A DNA stretch of 64,000 bases from Octopus sinensis (Eukaryota), in assembly GCF_006345805.1 (NCBI RefSeq), contig NC_043003.1:71114001-71178000 (forward strand), in the 5' to 3' direction. Numbering within the stretch: position 1 is the stretch's first letter; each line of letters begins with the position of its first letter. This document shows positions 26,695-40,146 of this stretch, in pieces. The translations under genes were made by a program, and so were the position numbers. The notes under the pieces were generated by a model, which was given only the letters and a program-made list of their open reading frames with translations, did not search any database and was not told the DNA's origin.

Positions 26695-26995
26695 TGAAAG
26701 AGCGTGGCTTAGTGGTTAGGGTATTCGACACACGATCATAAGATCGTGAGCTCAATTCACGGCGACGTGTTGTGTTCATTGAACATGACACTTTATTTCA
26801 GAATAATAACTGTATTGCAAAGGACCAACATTGGTACACTCTGTGTCACGCTGAATCTCCCTGAGAACGAGAACTACATCAAGAGTGCACGTGCCTGTGC
26901 AGTGCTCAGCAGCTTGCACGTTAATTTCACGAGCAAACTGTTCCGTTGATCGGATCAACCGAAATCCTTGTCGTCGTAAGCGACGGAGTGCCAGT
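26695..26995 (+). mobile_element. tRNA-headed SINE of a third family
   Basis: A-box-like gcgtggcttagtggttagg, decayed B-box gagctcaattc, tail gtcgtcgtaagcgacggagtgccagttttt. Confidence 0.55.
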
Positions 26996-27160
26996 TTTTT
27001 TTTATAGATTTGTATGTTCCACGTTCAATTTAACAGATAAAGGGGAAAACTCAAGTGTATGTTTATATGAAATGTTACTACATACCAGTTTAAAACATTT
27101 ATATTTCATCAAGTTATAATTGATTCTGTTTATTTCAAGCATTAAATTTTTTGTTGTCAG

Positions 27161-27334
27161 GAATTAAAACTCCTGAATCGCTACGAAAAAATTTGGAAAC
27201 TGCTTTAAAGAAAAAAGATGTAAACCTTTTGGAACAAGCAATAAATGAATGCAAGAGTAGTGGCTTTGCAGAACTTGATTCTCATATAGACCCTGCTCAA
27301 GAAACATTGGAGAATTTGAAAAATAACCTGAGAG
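27161..27334 (+). CDS. Repeat exon R3 (174 nt, A-like)
   Basis: gtcag|GA...AGA G|gttcgt; GIKTPESLRKNLETALKKKDVNLLEQAINECKSSGFAELD... Confidence 0.87.
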
Positions 27335-28054
27335 GTTCGTTACCTACTTAGTCATTCATCAGTTATAAATATACGATGCTACTTTCGAATATAATATCGC
27401 AAATTTCTAATTGTATTTGATATCTGAACACAGCATTAGTATAGAATTTAAGGAAAACACCCTTCGTTTTAAAATAAACTTTCTGTACTCATTTTTATCC
27501 AGTAACGTTGTAACTAATTGTAAAATATATAATAAATGTGTGTTAAATTTCGCTGAAAAAGTTGTTTTGTAGTTAAAGCAAGTGAGGATTAAATTCAGTA
27601 AATTTAGGGTATCTGAAATATTTCAGACATCAACTTAAAATACATTTACACGAATTGATTTTAATTCAAATAGTAGATGATAAATAACCTGAAACATTTT
27701 TCAAAAGTTAGGCTCAACCATTTGTGAAATTGTGAAAATTTTCAAATGTATCCGGCGTATGCTAGACAAGTGAAAGCTCGCTACGTATAGTCGAGATCAT
27801 ATATTTGCAATTACTCTACACGATTAGTTTTGCATAAATTCCGTTTCTCCAAATATTATCAATGAAATTCGTTGTAAGTTAACATAGGTTAGGTAAGCAG
27901 TTATGCGAAAAGGAAAATTATTGATAATCTGCAAAGTAAACATTGTGTCAACGAAGAGCTTCTCTCCATTGTACGTTGAACAGATGTAATATCTTCAGAA
28001 ATGAATTGAAACAAAGCTTCGATTCGTATTGTTAGGGCTGTCCATAACATTCAC

Positions 28055-28190
28055 ACCTACACACACGCGCATGTTACACACATACACACACACACGCATA
28101 TTACACACATACACACACACACGCGCATATTACACACATACACACAAACACACGCATGTTACACACATCCACACACACAAACACACATAT
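28055..28190. repeat. ~30-bp CA-rich minisatellite, about 4 units
   Basis: Unit approximately acacacgc(g)cat(g/a)ttacacacatacacac. Confidence 0.7.
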
Positions 28191-28392
28191 ATGTGAGTGT
28201 GTATATTTATTGATTGATAAATATAGATATATATTAAAAACCTAAATATTATCTTAAGTCGAGAATGAAGTAAGCATCTTACATTAAATCTAATTATATT
28301 AGATGATAACGCAAAACTGAAGTATTGTTTAATAGTTTCTAGTTTACACTTGTTTGTGATCATTATTACTAATGCATATCTAACACCAAAAG

Positions 28393-28563
28393 GAAATACT
28401 CTCAAAAACCTGCAAAGTCAAATTCGTACAGCGATAAAACACAAGAATAAACCAAGACTAGAAAGACTTGTTGATGAGTGTGAATCATCAGGATACGAAG
28501 AGCTACAACCGGACATTTTAATTGCAAAGGAAATTTTGGAAGAGCTTGGAAACACGCGTGAAG
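28393..28563 (+). CDS. Repeat exon R4 (171 nt)
   Basis: Weak ccaaaag|GA acceptor; GAA G|gttaga; GNTLKNLQSQIRTAIKHKNKPRLERLVDECESSGYEEL... Confidence 0.78.
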
Positions 28564-28587
28564 GTTAGACATTATAATCATAGTTCA

Positions 28588-28628
<41 letters not shown>

Positions 28629-29043
28629 AATGGCAGTTTATTGAGGGGTATTATATAACACCTTGCCATTTTGTGTTTGCGTGTATATATAAATAAATAT
28701 ATATATATATAGGAATAGAGTAGCTAAAATCTGGGCTACATATGTTTCATAGCGAGCAGAACCTCGGAAGTGGTAAATATTACAGGCTCTTCAGGCAAAG
28801 AGTATATTGATTAAGTGAAGTTTATATTATCGTTAGAATGCCCATGTTAACACACGGAGCATTCGATATATATATACATAAGGATATCTGCTATTGCAAA
28901 GGTGATAATCAATTTGTTGAATGCAAATTAATAATGTTGTTAAAAGGCCAAATTCACTAACTTTCTATAATCGTTGTTACTCTTTAGTCACTTATACTTT
29001 TAAATCAAAGAAAGCTCATCGCAGCATCCATCGTTGTTTGATA

Positions 29044-29252
29044 CAGTAATCTCTCGACTATCGCAGGTGTAACGTTCCAAAATCCCTGCAATAGGTGAAA
29101 ATACACGCAATAGAAACAGTATTGTTCTGTATATTTTTAAAAAATTATTTTTATAATTTGTATATATTTATTTTATTATGAATGCAAAACAACACCACAG
29201 AGGAACCGACGTAAGTTTAAATAATAAACCGCGATATGGCGAGAGATCCATT
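29044..29252. mobile_element. pogo/Tigger-like MITE
   Basis: Left end cagtaatctctcgactatcgc, right end ccgcgatatggcgagagatcc. A related end (cagtaatccctcgccatatcgcgg) lies at ~44836. Confidence 0.55.
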
Positions 29253-29596
29253 CCGTCCAAATTATTTAACCTTTTGAGAGCAGAAATGATGTAGTTGCGA
29301 ATTAACTGTCTTGTAGTAAATATGTGTGTATGAATGCTTGCATTTTATTTATATACTTCTGGATATGTCATGCCGATGATTTTTAAAAAGAATGAAATAG
29401 TGTTATACTTATTACTTCTGAATCAGATAGCGACAAAAATAAATAATAAGCAAAGAAATAAAAATGAATTCTTCGCAACTTTTCTTTATAATTTCTGAAT
29501 TTCAAATTCAAAGTTCTAACCCCACCAAATATTATGAAGAAATGAGTATTTTCCTTGTATTACAGTATACTACGAGTATGTATGTATGTATGTATG

Positions 29597-29704
<108 letters not shown>

Positions 29705-30275
29705 ATCATGTGAGTGTGCACGCGATTTTACTGTATTTTTACCGGCTGATAGTGACTTCAACGTTTCGGCTCAAAAAGGCAGCTTATAAGAAACTTAAAT
29801 GTGACATTCGGCTTTGGATACTATTTTCCCTACACCAAATAACATAAATGGCTGGGCATGTTCATTTTATCGTTTCACTCTTAATTTATTGGAATGTGGC
29901 AATGTTGAGGCACTGTCTTCAAAGATTTAGTCGATGAAGGTGATCCACGTGCCTATACTTTTAAGTCTGGCGTTTATTCTATCGGTTTTTCATTGCCAAA
30001 TTACTGTGTTGCAGTAAGCAAACGAACACCGGTTTTTAAGCGTTGAGGCACAGTTTACATCTTCAAATTTTACTCACAAAGCATTGATTAAGTCTGGACA
30101 TTTGCCCAAGAAGCCTCGCAGTGGGACGAAACCCGAAACCACGCCGTTGTGAAGTGCACTTCTCAGCTATGCAGTCATACCTTCGCCTATACATATATAA
30201 ATACACTTACATTAGTTTCCTTACAATAAGGATTGATAATTAATTTTTAAAGCTCATTGACTTTCATTTTCTCAG

Positions 30276-30449
30276 GAGCGAAATCTCCGGATCTCTTTCG
30301 TGACCGGCTCAAATCATCATTAAAATATCAAAATAAGCCAAGAATGGAGAACGTGATATCTGAAATGGAAGGAGCCAAATATCCCGAGTTATTTAACCAA
30401 CTTCATGAAGCTAGAGCATTTCTGGATGCATTATCAGAGGGTGATAAAG
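30276..30449 (+). CDS. Repeat exon R5 (174 nt, B-like)
   Basis: ttctcag|GA...AAA G|gttagc; GAKSPDLFRDRLKSSLKYQNKPRMENVISEMEGAKYPEL... Confidence 0.88.
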
Positions 30450-30817
30450 GTTAGCAAATGCTCTAAAAAACGCCAACAACATTTCAATGTCATGTATTAA
30501 TTTGGTTAATACACTTGTCGTTGAGACAAGTGCATTATGAAAATGATTGTGTATTCATGAAAATGAATCTAATTTGTTGTAATGATAATTAAAATGACTA
30601 TATTAATCTTTGATATGTAAGTATCTTTGTATCTTTGCTGTAAAAGTTCAACGTTAATGCATGCATAATCATAGCGGTGTAATCAAATATACAATAAACT
30701 GTCTTTCGATGGCATGGTTTAATCTTTTCACACAAACAGGTTATAGGCTAAACGTATTTAGATATCAACTTTGATATTGTATTCAAGAGTTGATAAAATG
30801 TGTTATCTGGTTGATAG

Positions 30818-30988
30818 GATTATCGGTTGAATATTTGCGTGAAGCCTTGAAGAAAGCAATGAGAAAAAAAGATAAAGAGAGTCTAGAAGAAACCATTGAA
30901 AAATGCGTAGAGTTCAATTATCCTGAGTTAGAATCTGAAATACACCACGCTAGAGATATTTTGGAACTTATGCGCACTGGCCGAGCAG
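30818..30988 (+). CDS. Repeat exon R6 (171 nt, type A)
   Basis: gatag|GA...GCA G|gttaga; GLSVEYLREALKKAMRKKDKESLEETIEKCVEFNYPELESEIHHARDIL... Confidence 0.85.
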
Positions 30989-31779
30989 GTTAGAATTTCT
31001 TTTGTACATTAAAACAAAGAAAAGTATTTATATGATTATTATGTAAAGTAATCATTTGGATAAATGATTGTAAATTATCTTTAAGAGATCACTGTTAAAT
31101 ATATTTAAATCAACGTATGTATTTCTAAAAATACTTGCCCTCGCTAATGTCAAGAAATTTATTTGAAATTTGTTTTGTAAACCGAATATTACATGTGTTT
31201 ATGTGTGTGCGTGTGCATGAGCATGCGGGAATACATACACGCATGCATACATACACACACAGACATATGGTGATATGAATATATGTTTGATATGCTAATA
31301 CTGACAGTATATATTTGAATTATCGTTTTTGTTAATTCTTTTCATTTTACTAATGGCGGTTTTTATATCTTCTGTGTGTCGGAATCCAAATTCCTCATCG
31401 ATTTGTGATGGTGTGTGAGTTGAGCGTATGTTGTGCAAAAAAATTGTGGGTAATTTTACAATTTGTTTGACCGCTCCTCTCAGAATGCATACTCAGTTTT
31501 CTTTCACAATGAACATAGAATACGTACGGAATATATATATCTGTCATAATTTCCCTTCTGATTGTAAGGAGTAACTTAATTTATATATCTACATTTTAAC
31601 AGCCTGTCATTAATTAAACAATATATTTTCTCTTCTCTATAAATGTCTGTATGATGGAATGCGTGTATGTATATTTATATATTATATTAATTAAATGTTG
31701 TAGACTTCATCATTTTTTGAGATTTTGGCAACGTGTAAATTTCTCAATCAGTCTGTTTCCTTTTGTGTAATTGTCTCTA

Positions 31780-32060
31780 TCCCTCTCTCTTTCTCTCTTC
31801 CTGTTTCTTTCTTTCTTTCTTTCTTCTTTCTTTCTTTCTTTCTTTCTTTCTCTCTCTCTCTCTCTTCTTCAATTTGTCTTTTTCTCTGAATATGTCTGTG
31901 TATGCCTTTATCCTAGTTTTTGCCTGTCTTTCTGTGTCTGTCTTTGTGTATATCTCTTTGTTTTTGACTGTATCTCTTTATGTTGTCAGTTACTTTCTTC
32001 CTGTTTGTCCGCGTCTCTCTGTTTACTCGTCTGTGTCTTCTTTCTTTCCTTCCTTGAAGT
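31780..32060. repeat. (CTTT)n/(CT)n pyrimidine-rich tract
   Basis: Direct inspection. Confidence 0.85.
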
Positions 32061-32184
32061 AAATATGTACAGTAATATAGATTTACAACATTTCTGATAT
32101 ATAGTAAAGAATACATAGAACAGATATAATTGAGAACAAGGAAACTGTTTTCATATCTGATATATGGAATTCCTAATCCACCAG

Positions 32185-32358
32185 GTTCTAAATCACCATT
32201 TGCTTTGCGGGAACAACTGAATAAAGCGATAGATGAAAATGACATTGATGCTTTACAGAAAACTATTGAAGAGTGTGAAGAAACCGGATATGCCGAGCTT
32301 GGATACGACTTGAGTCGAGCGAGAGATAAATTGCATAGTTTAGGATGTGGTAAAGGAG
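32185..32358 (+). CDS. Repeat exon R7 (174 nt, type B)
   Basis: ccag|GT...GGA G|gttagc; GSKSPFALREQLNKAIDEND...ECEETGYAELGYDLSRARDKL... Confidence 0.88.
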
Positions 32359-32831
32359 GTTAGCTATATTTTCTAGTATTTCCTACCCTTTAAAATACCT
32401 ATTAGAAAATGCATTAGCATTCAGCAATTTTTTTTCTATCAAGTGGCATTACTGGAATTTTAAAGTGCATTAAAATTTGTAATTAATCAGCTAATTACAG
32501 ACACAAGTTTGCAATAATGATAAAAGAATATTGTACTTTCTGATGACAGAAACAAAACAGACCTCGAAGTGAATTTCTTAGCTGTGAGTTAATAGTGTCT
32601 TTAGATTTTACTAAAGCAGCTATCGATAATTTTAAATGTAATGAACTCTTTTAGTTTACCTTATAAATATCCAACGCCACAGAACACATGGTAAAATATT
32701 AGGAATGCGAATCGATATGGTTTAATACGTAACGGCTTTCAAATAATTAACCTCAAATGTCATGTTGATACGTTTTCTTTCATTTAACTTTATAGATAAA
32801 ATTTTAAGCTTTGTTTCATTTTATCAAAGGC

Positions 32832-32886
<55 letters not shown>

Positions 32887-32888
<2 letters not shown>

Positions 32889-33296
32889 TGTACAAAGGAG
32901 CGTGGGTAAGGCCAGAACAATTCGAAGTAAATGCAAGGCAAATCTCAAGAAAACAAATATATGAATTAATAATGTAGGCTTACCTTTCATTCAATATTTC
33001 GTGGTTATGACCTGATTTTCAAGAAATTAACGAATGTTGCCGATGTGCGTGTGTGTGAGCGTGTGTGGAGTGGACATGCGCGGATAGATGTTGCTATAGT
33101 AACCAGCTAGCTTCCGGTAACTTTCTTCTGTTGTTGATATTTGATTTTCTTTAATGTATGAGGATGGCCCCGGATGGATAACCCCAAAATATTGCATGCA
33201 AGGGAAGCCTACATTAATTCAAATATTTGTTTTCTTGAGATTTGTTTTGCATCAGTTTCACATTCTTCAGGCCTTACCCACGATCCTGTATACAAT
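32887..33296. repeat. Inverted repeat, ~110-bp arms, in the R7-R8 intron
   Basis: cgtgggtaaggcc...aaatctcaagaaaacaaatat...aatgtaggctt at 32887-33000 mirrored at ~33186-33296. Confidence 0.7.
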
Positions 33297-33328
33297 ATAT
33301 TCTACACAATGCTTCACAGTAATTACTC

Positions 33329-33377
<49 letters not shown>

Positions 33378-33404
33378 CGATTCTTAATTCATTCCATTAA
33401 TCAG

Positions 33405-33578
33405 GTACACAAACACCTGATTCGTTTCGTGAAAAACTAAAATCCGCAATGAAGTTAAAAGAGAAGCAAAAACTAGAAGAAGCGATTAACGAATGTGTAG
33501 CAGCGGGATTTTCGGAACTTCAAACAGATATCCATGAAGCAAGGGATATGTTTTATGTTCTTGGTGGAGGTGTTGGAG
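33405..33578 (+). CDS. Repeat exon R8 (174 nt, type A)
   Basis: atcag|GT...GGA G|gtacaa; GTQTPDSFREKLKSAMKLKEK...ECVAAGFSELQTDIHEARD... Confidence 0.87.
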
Positions 33579-33959
33579 GTACAACAGCTATCATGATTTA
33601 TTTTCATACAATTTTTATATGTTGGCATAATTTTAAGGGAAAACAAAATTATTTAATTTATGCTCTTTTCTTTTTAAAGTCGTCTTAGTGAATTATTAAG
33701 TCGTGTCTCAAAATATGTTTTTTTTTATAAAATTACTCAGTTTTGTTTTTATCAAATTTCGTGGACTATAAAATCTTTATAATCACCAAATTTATAATGA
33801 TAACACAGCTTTAAATGAATTCAGTAATTCGGCATATTCTAATATTTGTAGCATGTAAATCAATTTTCAGAGTACTAATGTTTAAACAATCCTTACGCAT
33901 ACAGTAAATAATTTTAGTAAACTTTGATGGTTGTCAATGTAATGTAATATAATTGCTAG

Positions 33960-34133
33960 GTATTGAGACTCCCCAGAACTTACGCGAAAAATTGAACTCA
34001 GCAATAGAAAAGAAAAATGTTGAAGATCTTAAAAGTGTTATTGCAGAATGTGAACAGATTGGTTATCCAGAACTTGGAGCGGAATTGTCTAAGGCTCGTG
34101 ATACGTTGGAAAGCTTAGGTGGTGGCCGAGGAG
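33960..34133 (+). CDS. Repeat exon R9 (174 nt, type B)
   Basis: gctag|GT...GGA G|gttagc; ...ECEQIGYPELGAELSKARDTLESLGGGRG. Confidence 0.88.
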
Positions 34134-34477
34134 GTTAGCTTAAAGATTTTCAATACTGTGTTTTGAATTGACATTAAAAGAAAAAAAAGTAAAAGTGGTT
34201 ATAAATTTCTTTTTTGGTGGCTATTTCCTGGATAACAAATTGAATATTACTTAAAAGTTAGAAATTTGTAAAGAAGTTTATTAAATAAAATGTTCAAATG
34301 AAGATAAAAATTTCAAGCGTAAACAGTCGTACGAAAGATTGGATTTTATCGTAAATAATATCTAAAATTATTTACTATTAAATACGTTAGAAAAATGTTA
34401 AGATATGCATATTTTGATAAAATTTATCGTTCATTTGCTGTAATATAATCCTCAAGATCTATTACTTTGTAAATCAG

Positions 34478-34651
34478 GAATCAAATCTCCTGATGAATTA
34501 CGTAAGAAATTAATGGCCGCAAGAAACAATGACGATAAGTCAGAGCTTGAACGAATTATTCTTGAATGCGCTGCAGCTGGAATGCACGAATTAGAAGCTG
34601 ATATACAAGAAGCAAGAGATAGCTTATATTTGTCAGGAGCAGCATTGCAAG
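34478..34651 (+). CDS. Repeat exon R10 (174 nt, type A)
   Basis: atcag|GA...CAA G|gtcaga; GIKSPDELRKKLMAARNNDDK...ECAAAGMHELEADIQEARDSL...; not in ORF track. Confidence 0.87.
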
Positions 34652-35204
34652 GTCAGATAATGCTTATATAATAACGAACTTATTTATTTGCTTTGATTTG
34701 TGGTTCATGAATTATTGCTGAAAATAGAACTGTCGAGATGTTTGGAAAAAAAAAACAAAAACAAAAGAACATCTTTATTACTTTTTATTCTAGTATTAAT
34801 ATTTTGAAATTTCAATGATATATGTTCATGCTAAAGTACTTTTATATGCGGACAGTACTTTCATGATAAATGATTTTGTTACATAATTTCCAAATGGACC
34901 ATTGTGAGACATATATTATAGACAACACTGTCGAAAACTATGGGGCGCCCTACAAATAAAAAAAAATTCAATCGCGTTTTAGTTCATTCTGTTGGGGATC
35001 GATATATAATTTTTAAAATGTATATATATTCCAATTTTATATATGATACCATACATATTTTAAACATTTCCCAATGTACAGACTCATACATGCCCACTCA
35101 ATCATTTAACTATGCGTCTTTATAGTAAAAATAAATCGTAAATTAAAAAGAATATTATTTGTTATTACAAAATTTATATAAATTTGTGAACGTTTCCTGT
35201 TCAG

Positions 35205-35378
35205 GTCAGAACTATGCTGAAGCATTACGTCATCGCCTGCAAACTGCAATTACAGACCAGGATAAGAGAGCATTGGAAACTTTAATCTATGAAAGTGAAA
35301 ATGCTTGTTTACCAGAACTTGGCTTTGAGGTTTACAAAGCCAGAGAAATGCTTGAAAGTTTAGGAGGTGGTTCTGGAG
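35205..35378 (+). CDS. Repeat exon R11 (174 nt, type B)
   Basis: ttcag|GT...GGA G|gtattg; ...ESENACLPELGFEVYKAREMLESLGGGSG. Confidence 0.87.
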
Positions 35379-35599
35379 GTATTGAGCAATATTCTATTTT
35401 CAAAATTGAGTGATTGGTTTGACATCATATTTGTAGTTCTCATATGTTATTAAAATCCTTGCACCATTCAACTATCTGCTGATGTATCGGATGAAACAAC
35501 TGATTAAAATAAATTATATGATTATTAATTAAACTTAAAATTAGTAAACAATAATCGTAATAGTATCCAATTTATGACAACAAATTCTAATAGTGTTCA

Positions 35600-35667
35600 C
35601 GGTGATATATGTATATATGTACGTATGTATATATTTATATGTGTATATCTATATATGTATATATATT

Positions 35668-35714
<47 letters not shown>

Positions 35715-35716
35715 AC

Positions 35717-35747
<31 letters not shown>

Positions 35748-36010
35748 CATGTATATATACATGTATATATATATATGTACATCTATATGTATATATATAT
35801 ATATGTATATATATACATATATATACATGTATACATATATATGTATACATATATGTATACATATACATGTATACATATATATGTATATATACATGTATAT
35901 ATATGTGTATATATAGATGTATATATACATGCATGTATATATATGCATATATAAATATATACATACATATATATATATGTATGTATATATATTTATATGC
36001 ATATATCTAT

Positions 36011-36058
<48 letters not shown>

Positions 36059-36130
36059 AGATGTATATATGTATATATGTGTATATGTATATGTGTATAT
36101 GTATATATGTGCATATATATATATATATGC
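35600..36130. repeat. ~530-bp compound (TA)/(TG)/(CA) microsatellite
   Basis: Direct inspection; source of the YI/YM-rich spurious ORFs. Confidence 0.95.
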
Positions 36131-36606
36131 ATTCGTAGCCTGCTCTCCTTACAGTTTCGTCCGGTTACACTTGAGACTGCTCAAATCTGTCTGACTCCAA
36201 TTATCTAAGCTAAGAGCATTAAATATTTAGGAAGATAGGAAGGGAATGTGTACGACAAGAAAGACAAAAAAAAACTAAAAATACGAAGAAAATGTTACTC
36301 ATTTACACATATACAAACAACAATAAAATAACAACAGGTGTCTTTCGACTAATAGAGACGAATCAAGTTGATCTGGCGTGTGTGGATTGAAAGCCTCGAG
36401 GCAGGAACGAGACCGACATTTTTTTGCTGACATTCGTAGCCTTGTTATCAAAGTGCAAGGATACTTGCCATTAGCAACTGATGCTTTTTTTCCCCCAAGA
36501 GCCAAGTCTCCCCCTACCCTAGCTTCAAGTGAAATTGTATTATATTTAGTACATGTGTTTATACTCTAAAGCTATCTCTTCTAATATGAAACGTTTTATT
36601 TCTCAG

Positions 36607-36954
36607 GATATTTATCTCCTGACATCCTTCGTAAGAAGCTTAAGGCGGCTAAAGAAAGAAAAGATATTGATGACCTAGGAAGAATTATAAATGAATGTGT
36701 AGCAGCTGGCATGCCGAAGTTAAGTTCCGACATCATTGATGCCAGAGAGAGCTTAGATATTCTCTGTGGGGGAACAGGAAAGATGAAACCCTCCGAAATT
36801 TTGCATAATGAGCTAAGGGAAGCAATATCAAGTAAAAATATAGACAACCTGAATAAATCTATTGATGAGTGTGAGGCTGCCGGTTATCTTGAATTAAGCC
36901 ACGATTTAAAGAAAGCTAGAGCTACACTGGAATCGCTTGGTGGATGTTATGGAG
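36607..36954 (+). CDS. Repeat exon R12 (348 nt, fused A+B double unit)
   Basis: tctcag|GA...GGA G|gtgaga; two tandem units (ECVAAGMPKL then ECEAAGYLEL) in one open frame. Confidence 0.88.
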
Positions 36955-37712
36955 GTGAGATAACTATCACGTGTTTCTCACTCGTAATTGTAATTCATGT
37001 TTTAAATGAAAATATATTTGGTACATAGTTACCCATTTCTTAACTTTGCTCATAGAAAAAACAGTGATGTGATTTTGTCACTTAAAAACAAGGAATATGA
37101 ATGTGGAATATGGAATTTTTTATTAAACATGCATGATTTTTACAACGTATAATTAAAAATTGCCACTTAAAATTAATTAAATATTTCGCATGGTGACGAG
37201 CATTATCGAATTGCTTTAATTAAATAAATGGAATTAAATGCTCTATTAGCAAAACCTGATTTAACACTGTATGGCAGTGAACACTATATAACAATTCTGT
37301 TGTTACCATTTTAGCCAACAATGTCGGCAGACTCATATTGTAGTTACTGTATCTACTGCTAACTGAAGGCATTTGAAATACCTTATGTAACTAATACTCT
37401 TGGGATAAGCAGAGGAAGTATATCCCCAATTCTATTCCTCTCAGATCTGAAGACTAGTGATTGCGTAAATATCAATGCTATTGATGACGCTACATTGGTG
37501 GAAGTGGTGGAAACATTAGAACGCCGAACAATAAATTACAGTATTTTAGTACTGTCAATGTCGCTTTTGCATTTAAACCTTGCCATCGTGATTTACTCTG
37601 CTTTTACACCGTCGAGGGTGGGATGTGATCGTGATTTAGTATTCACTAGAAATATTGAACTTATATACTGTCAAATGTCATAAATATCATTCATATTATT
37701 TGATTTGTCCAG

Positions 37713-37886
37713 GTTCCAAGACACCAGATATTTACCGGAATAAAATAAGAACTGCAATTAAAGAAAAAGATAAATCGGCATTGGAAAAAGCCATTAACTC
37801 TAGCATAGCTTTAGGCATGCCAGAGTTGGATTCTGAAATACTCCAAGCGAAAAAAGCACTAAAGCGTTTGAAACAAGACTTTAAAG
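37713..37886 (+). CDS. Repeat exon R13 (174 nt, type A)
   Basis: gtccag|GT...AAA G|gttaca; ...SSIALGMPELDSEILQAKKAL... Confidence 0.87.
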
Positions 37887-38664
37887 GTTACATAAGCAGT
37901 TTTTTCATTTATATAACACACCAAAATAATTAATGTGATATTGCAACGTCTCCATATACCTACCTGCTTGCTTACCTACCTACCTACACAGAGTGTAGGA
38001 CCGTTGATAAGATTCGAAAGGACAACTCTGTAGACTCGTCTTCTGTAGGCCTGTTTATTTATTACTTTCTTGTTCACTTTATGAACGAGAAAAAAAGCTA
38101 AAAATTAAATTTAAAACTCATTTGTGAGTCGATTTCACTTGTAAAATCTAACGCGGGCAATTTAAGTTGTAGTGATTTGAGATATAATTAGATTCTTTAA
38201 ACATTTAACTATTTAAAAAACAAATCATACCCCAAACAACTTCTATAGGAATTTCACTGCTATTTAAAACGAAATGGCAATCCAATATACCATAGAAAAT
38301 TAAGATAGTATCACCTAAGATGCATCTTATTTAATGGTCTGGTTGCCATAAAGTTATTTGGTGAAACCTTTTGATTGGGTAAATCGCCAGCCCATGTTAG
38401 TCAATAGGTGTCACACATATCTAAGTTTTAAGATGAATTACACGGTCAATTTCGTGTTTCTATGGTTTATACAAAGTTTAGCTCATGTTCGCAAGGCGAT
38501 TACAATACGGACTAACGTGAGCATAGAGAGAAATATTCTGTGGTTCAATCAAAAGCATGAGAAATGATATAATGTTAGGTTACCTGTATATTTTTTATTT
38601 TCAGTTTACTCTATATTTTTGTTTTTCTTTTTATCTGTTTCTTTTATATTTTAAAAAAAACTAG

Positions 38665-38838
38665 CACGTAAACCCGTTGAAATTCTTAGAAGTGAGTTAC
38701 AAGAAGCTACGAGAAGCAAAGACAAATCAAATTTGGAAAAGCTTATTGGTGAATGTGAAATAGCTGAATATCCTGAATTAAGCATCGATCTATGTAAAGC
38801 GAGAGATGCCTTAGAAAGCTTAGGTGGTGGTCGTGGAG
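38665..38838 (+). CDS. Repeat exon R14 (174 nt, type B)
   Basis: actag|CA...GGA G|gtcagg; ...ECEIAEYPELSIDLCKARDALESLGGGRG; not in ORF track. Confidence 0.86.
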
Positions 38839-39249
38839 GTCAGGATGACAATGATAATTACTTTAAAAGCTTTACATTGTTCTGTATGAACATGCGATAC
38901 GTTTCATGATTACTGTTTGATAGATATGTTATTAATTTTGGCTTGGATAACTGTTCTGTAACAAGATGAAATCAGTTTGCTTTCGATTTAATATCTTTTA
39001 AAAGATAACGATTTGTATAGATGATAATTTTGAAGTTCTTTAACTACTACCAGTCTCAATCCTTGCGCTGTCGTATATTCAATAATATATAAACATTAAT
39101 CAGAAAGACATTATAAGGAAGCTACTTGGCTTGTTTATAACTTCGTCTTGTTAGATAAGCATTCTCAAGAAGCGATTATTGTAATTATATCAGCATTTTA
39201 ATTTTATAAAGCCATGTTACGACTCTATTAAAAAATTTATATTCATCAG

Positions 39250-39597
39250 GATCTAAAACATCTGCTACTCTTCGAGAGAAAATTAAGACAGCTGAGGAAA
39301 GAAAAGATATTGATGGTCTAGAGAAATGTATAAACGAATGTTTATCGGCTGGCATGTCCGATTTGGATTCTGATATCAGTCGTGCTAGAGATAGTTTACA
39401 TGTTCTACGTGGAGAATCAGGAACGGCGAAGAGCTCTCAAGATTTACAGGACAAATTGTCGAAAGCAATTTTAAGTAAAGATAAAGAGAGCTTAAGCAAA
39501 TCTATTGACGAGTGTGAAGATACTGGTTACCTTGAATTGAGCCCCTACCTGAAGAATGCAAGAGATATATTAGAAAGTCTTGGTGGAGGCCGTGGAG
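39250..39597 (+). CDS. Repeat exon R15 (348 nt, fused A+B double unit)
   Basis: catcag|GA...GGA G|gttagc; ECLSAGMSDLD then ECEDTGYLELS units in one open frame. Confidence 0.88.
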
Positions 39598-40146
39598 GTT
39601 AGCATTATATATACATATTTAATTGTCACAGTACAAATATTTTGAAACCAAGAAATTTTTTCTTTGCTAGAATGAGGATGAACTTTTATTTGAATTTGTC
39701 ACTCGATTTCCTTTAACAATTTTAAAAGAAGCAGCCAACAAATACAGTCAAAATATTCATTTCTCAAGTTCACGGAACAATTGTACTGATTTCTATGAAA
39801 TTCGAGTTTTTAGCACAGGATTGAAGTTTATACCTTGTACTAATTGTAGTTTATATCTTGTTATACTAATAATGGATGTATTTCAATCAGATATTTTCTT
39901 ACTTTTCTAGCACTTTGAGTATATAATTCTTACCCTGTCCGTCCAGGTCCGTGCATCTTTTAAGGCGTTTTTGTAACCACGATATTTATATTTAAATGTT
40001 ATTATTAAAGTATAAAACAATATAAATGAGCATGTCTACAAACGATTAATTGGCATATAATAAGTAATGTAGCATGCAATATATCTCAGTAATTACCCAA
40101 AACTTTAAAGAAATCATTCCGTTCATTGTTCCGCTTCTATTATCAG

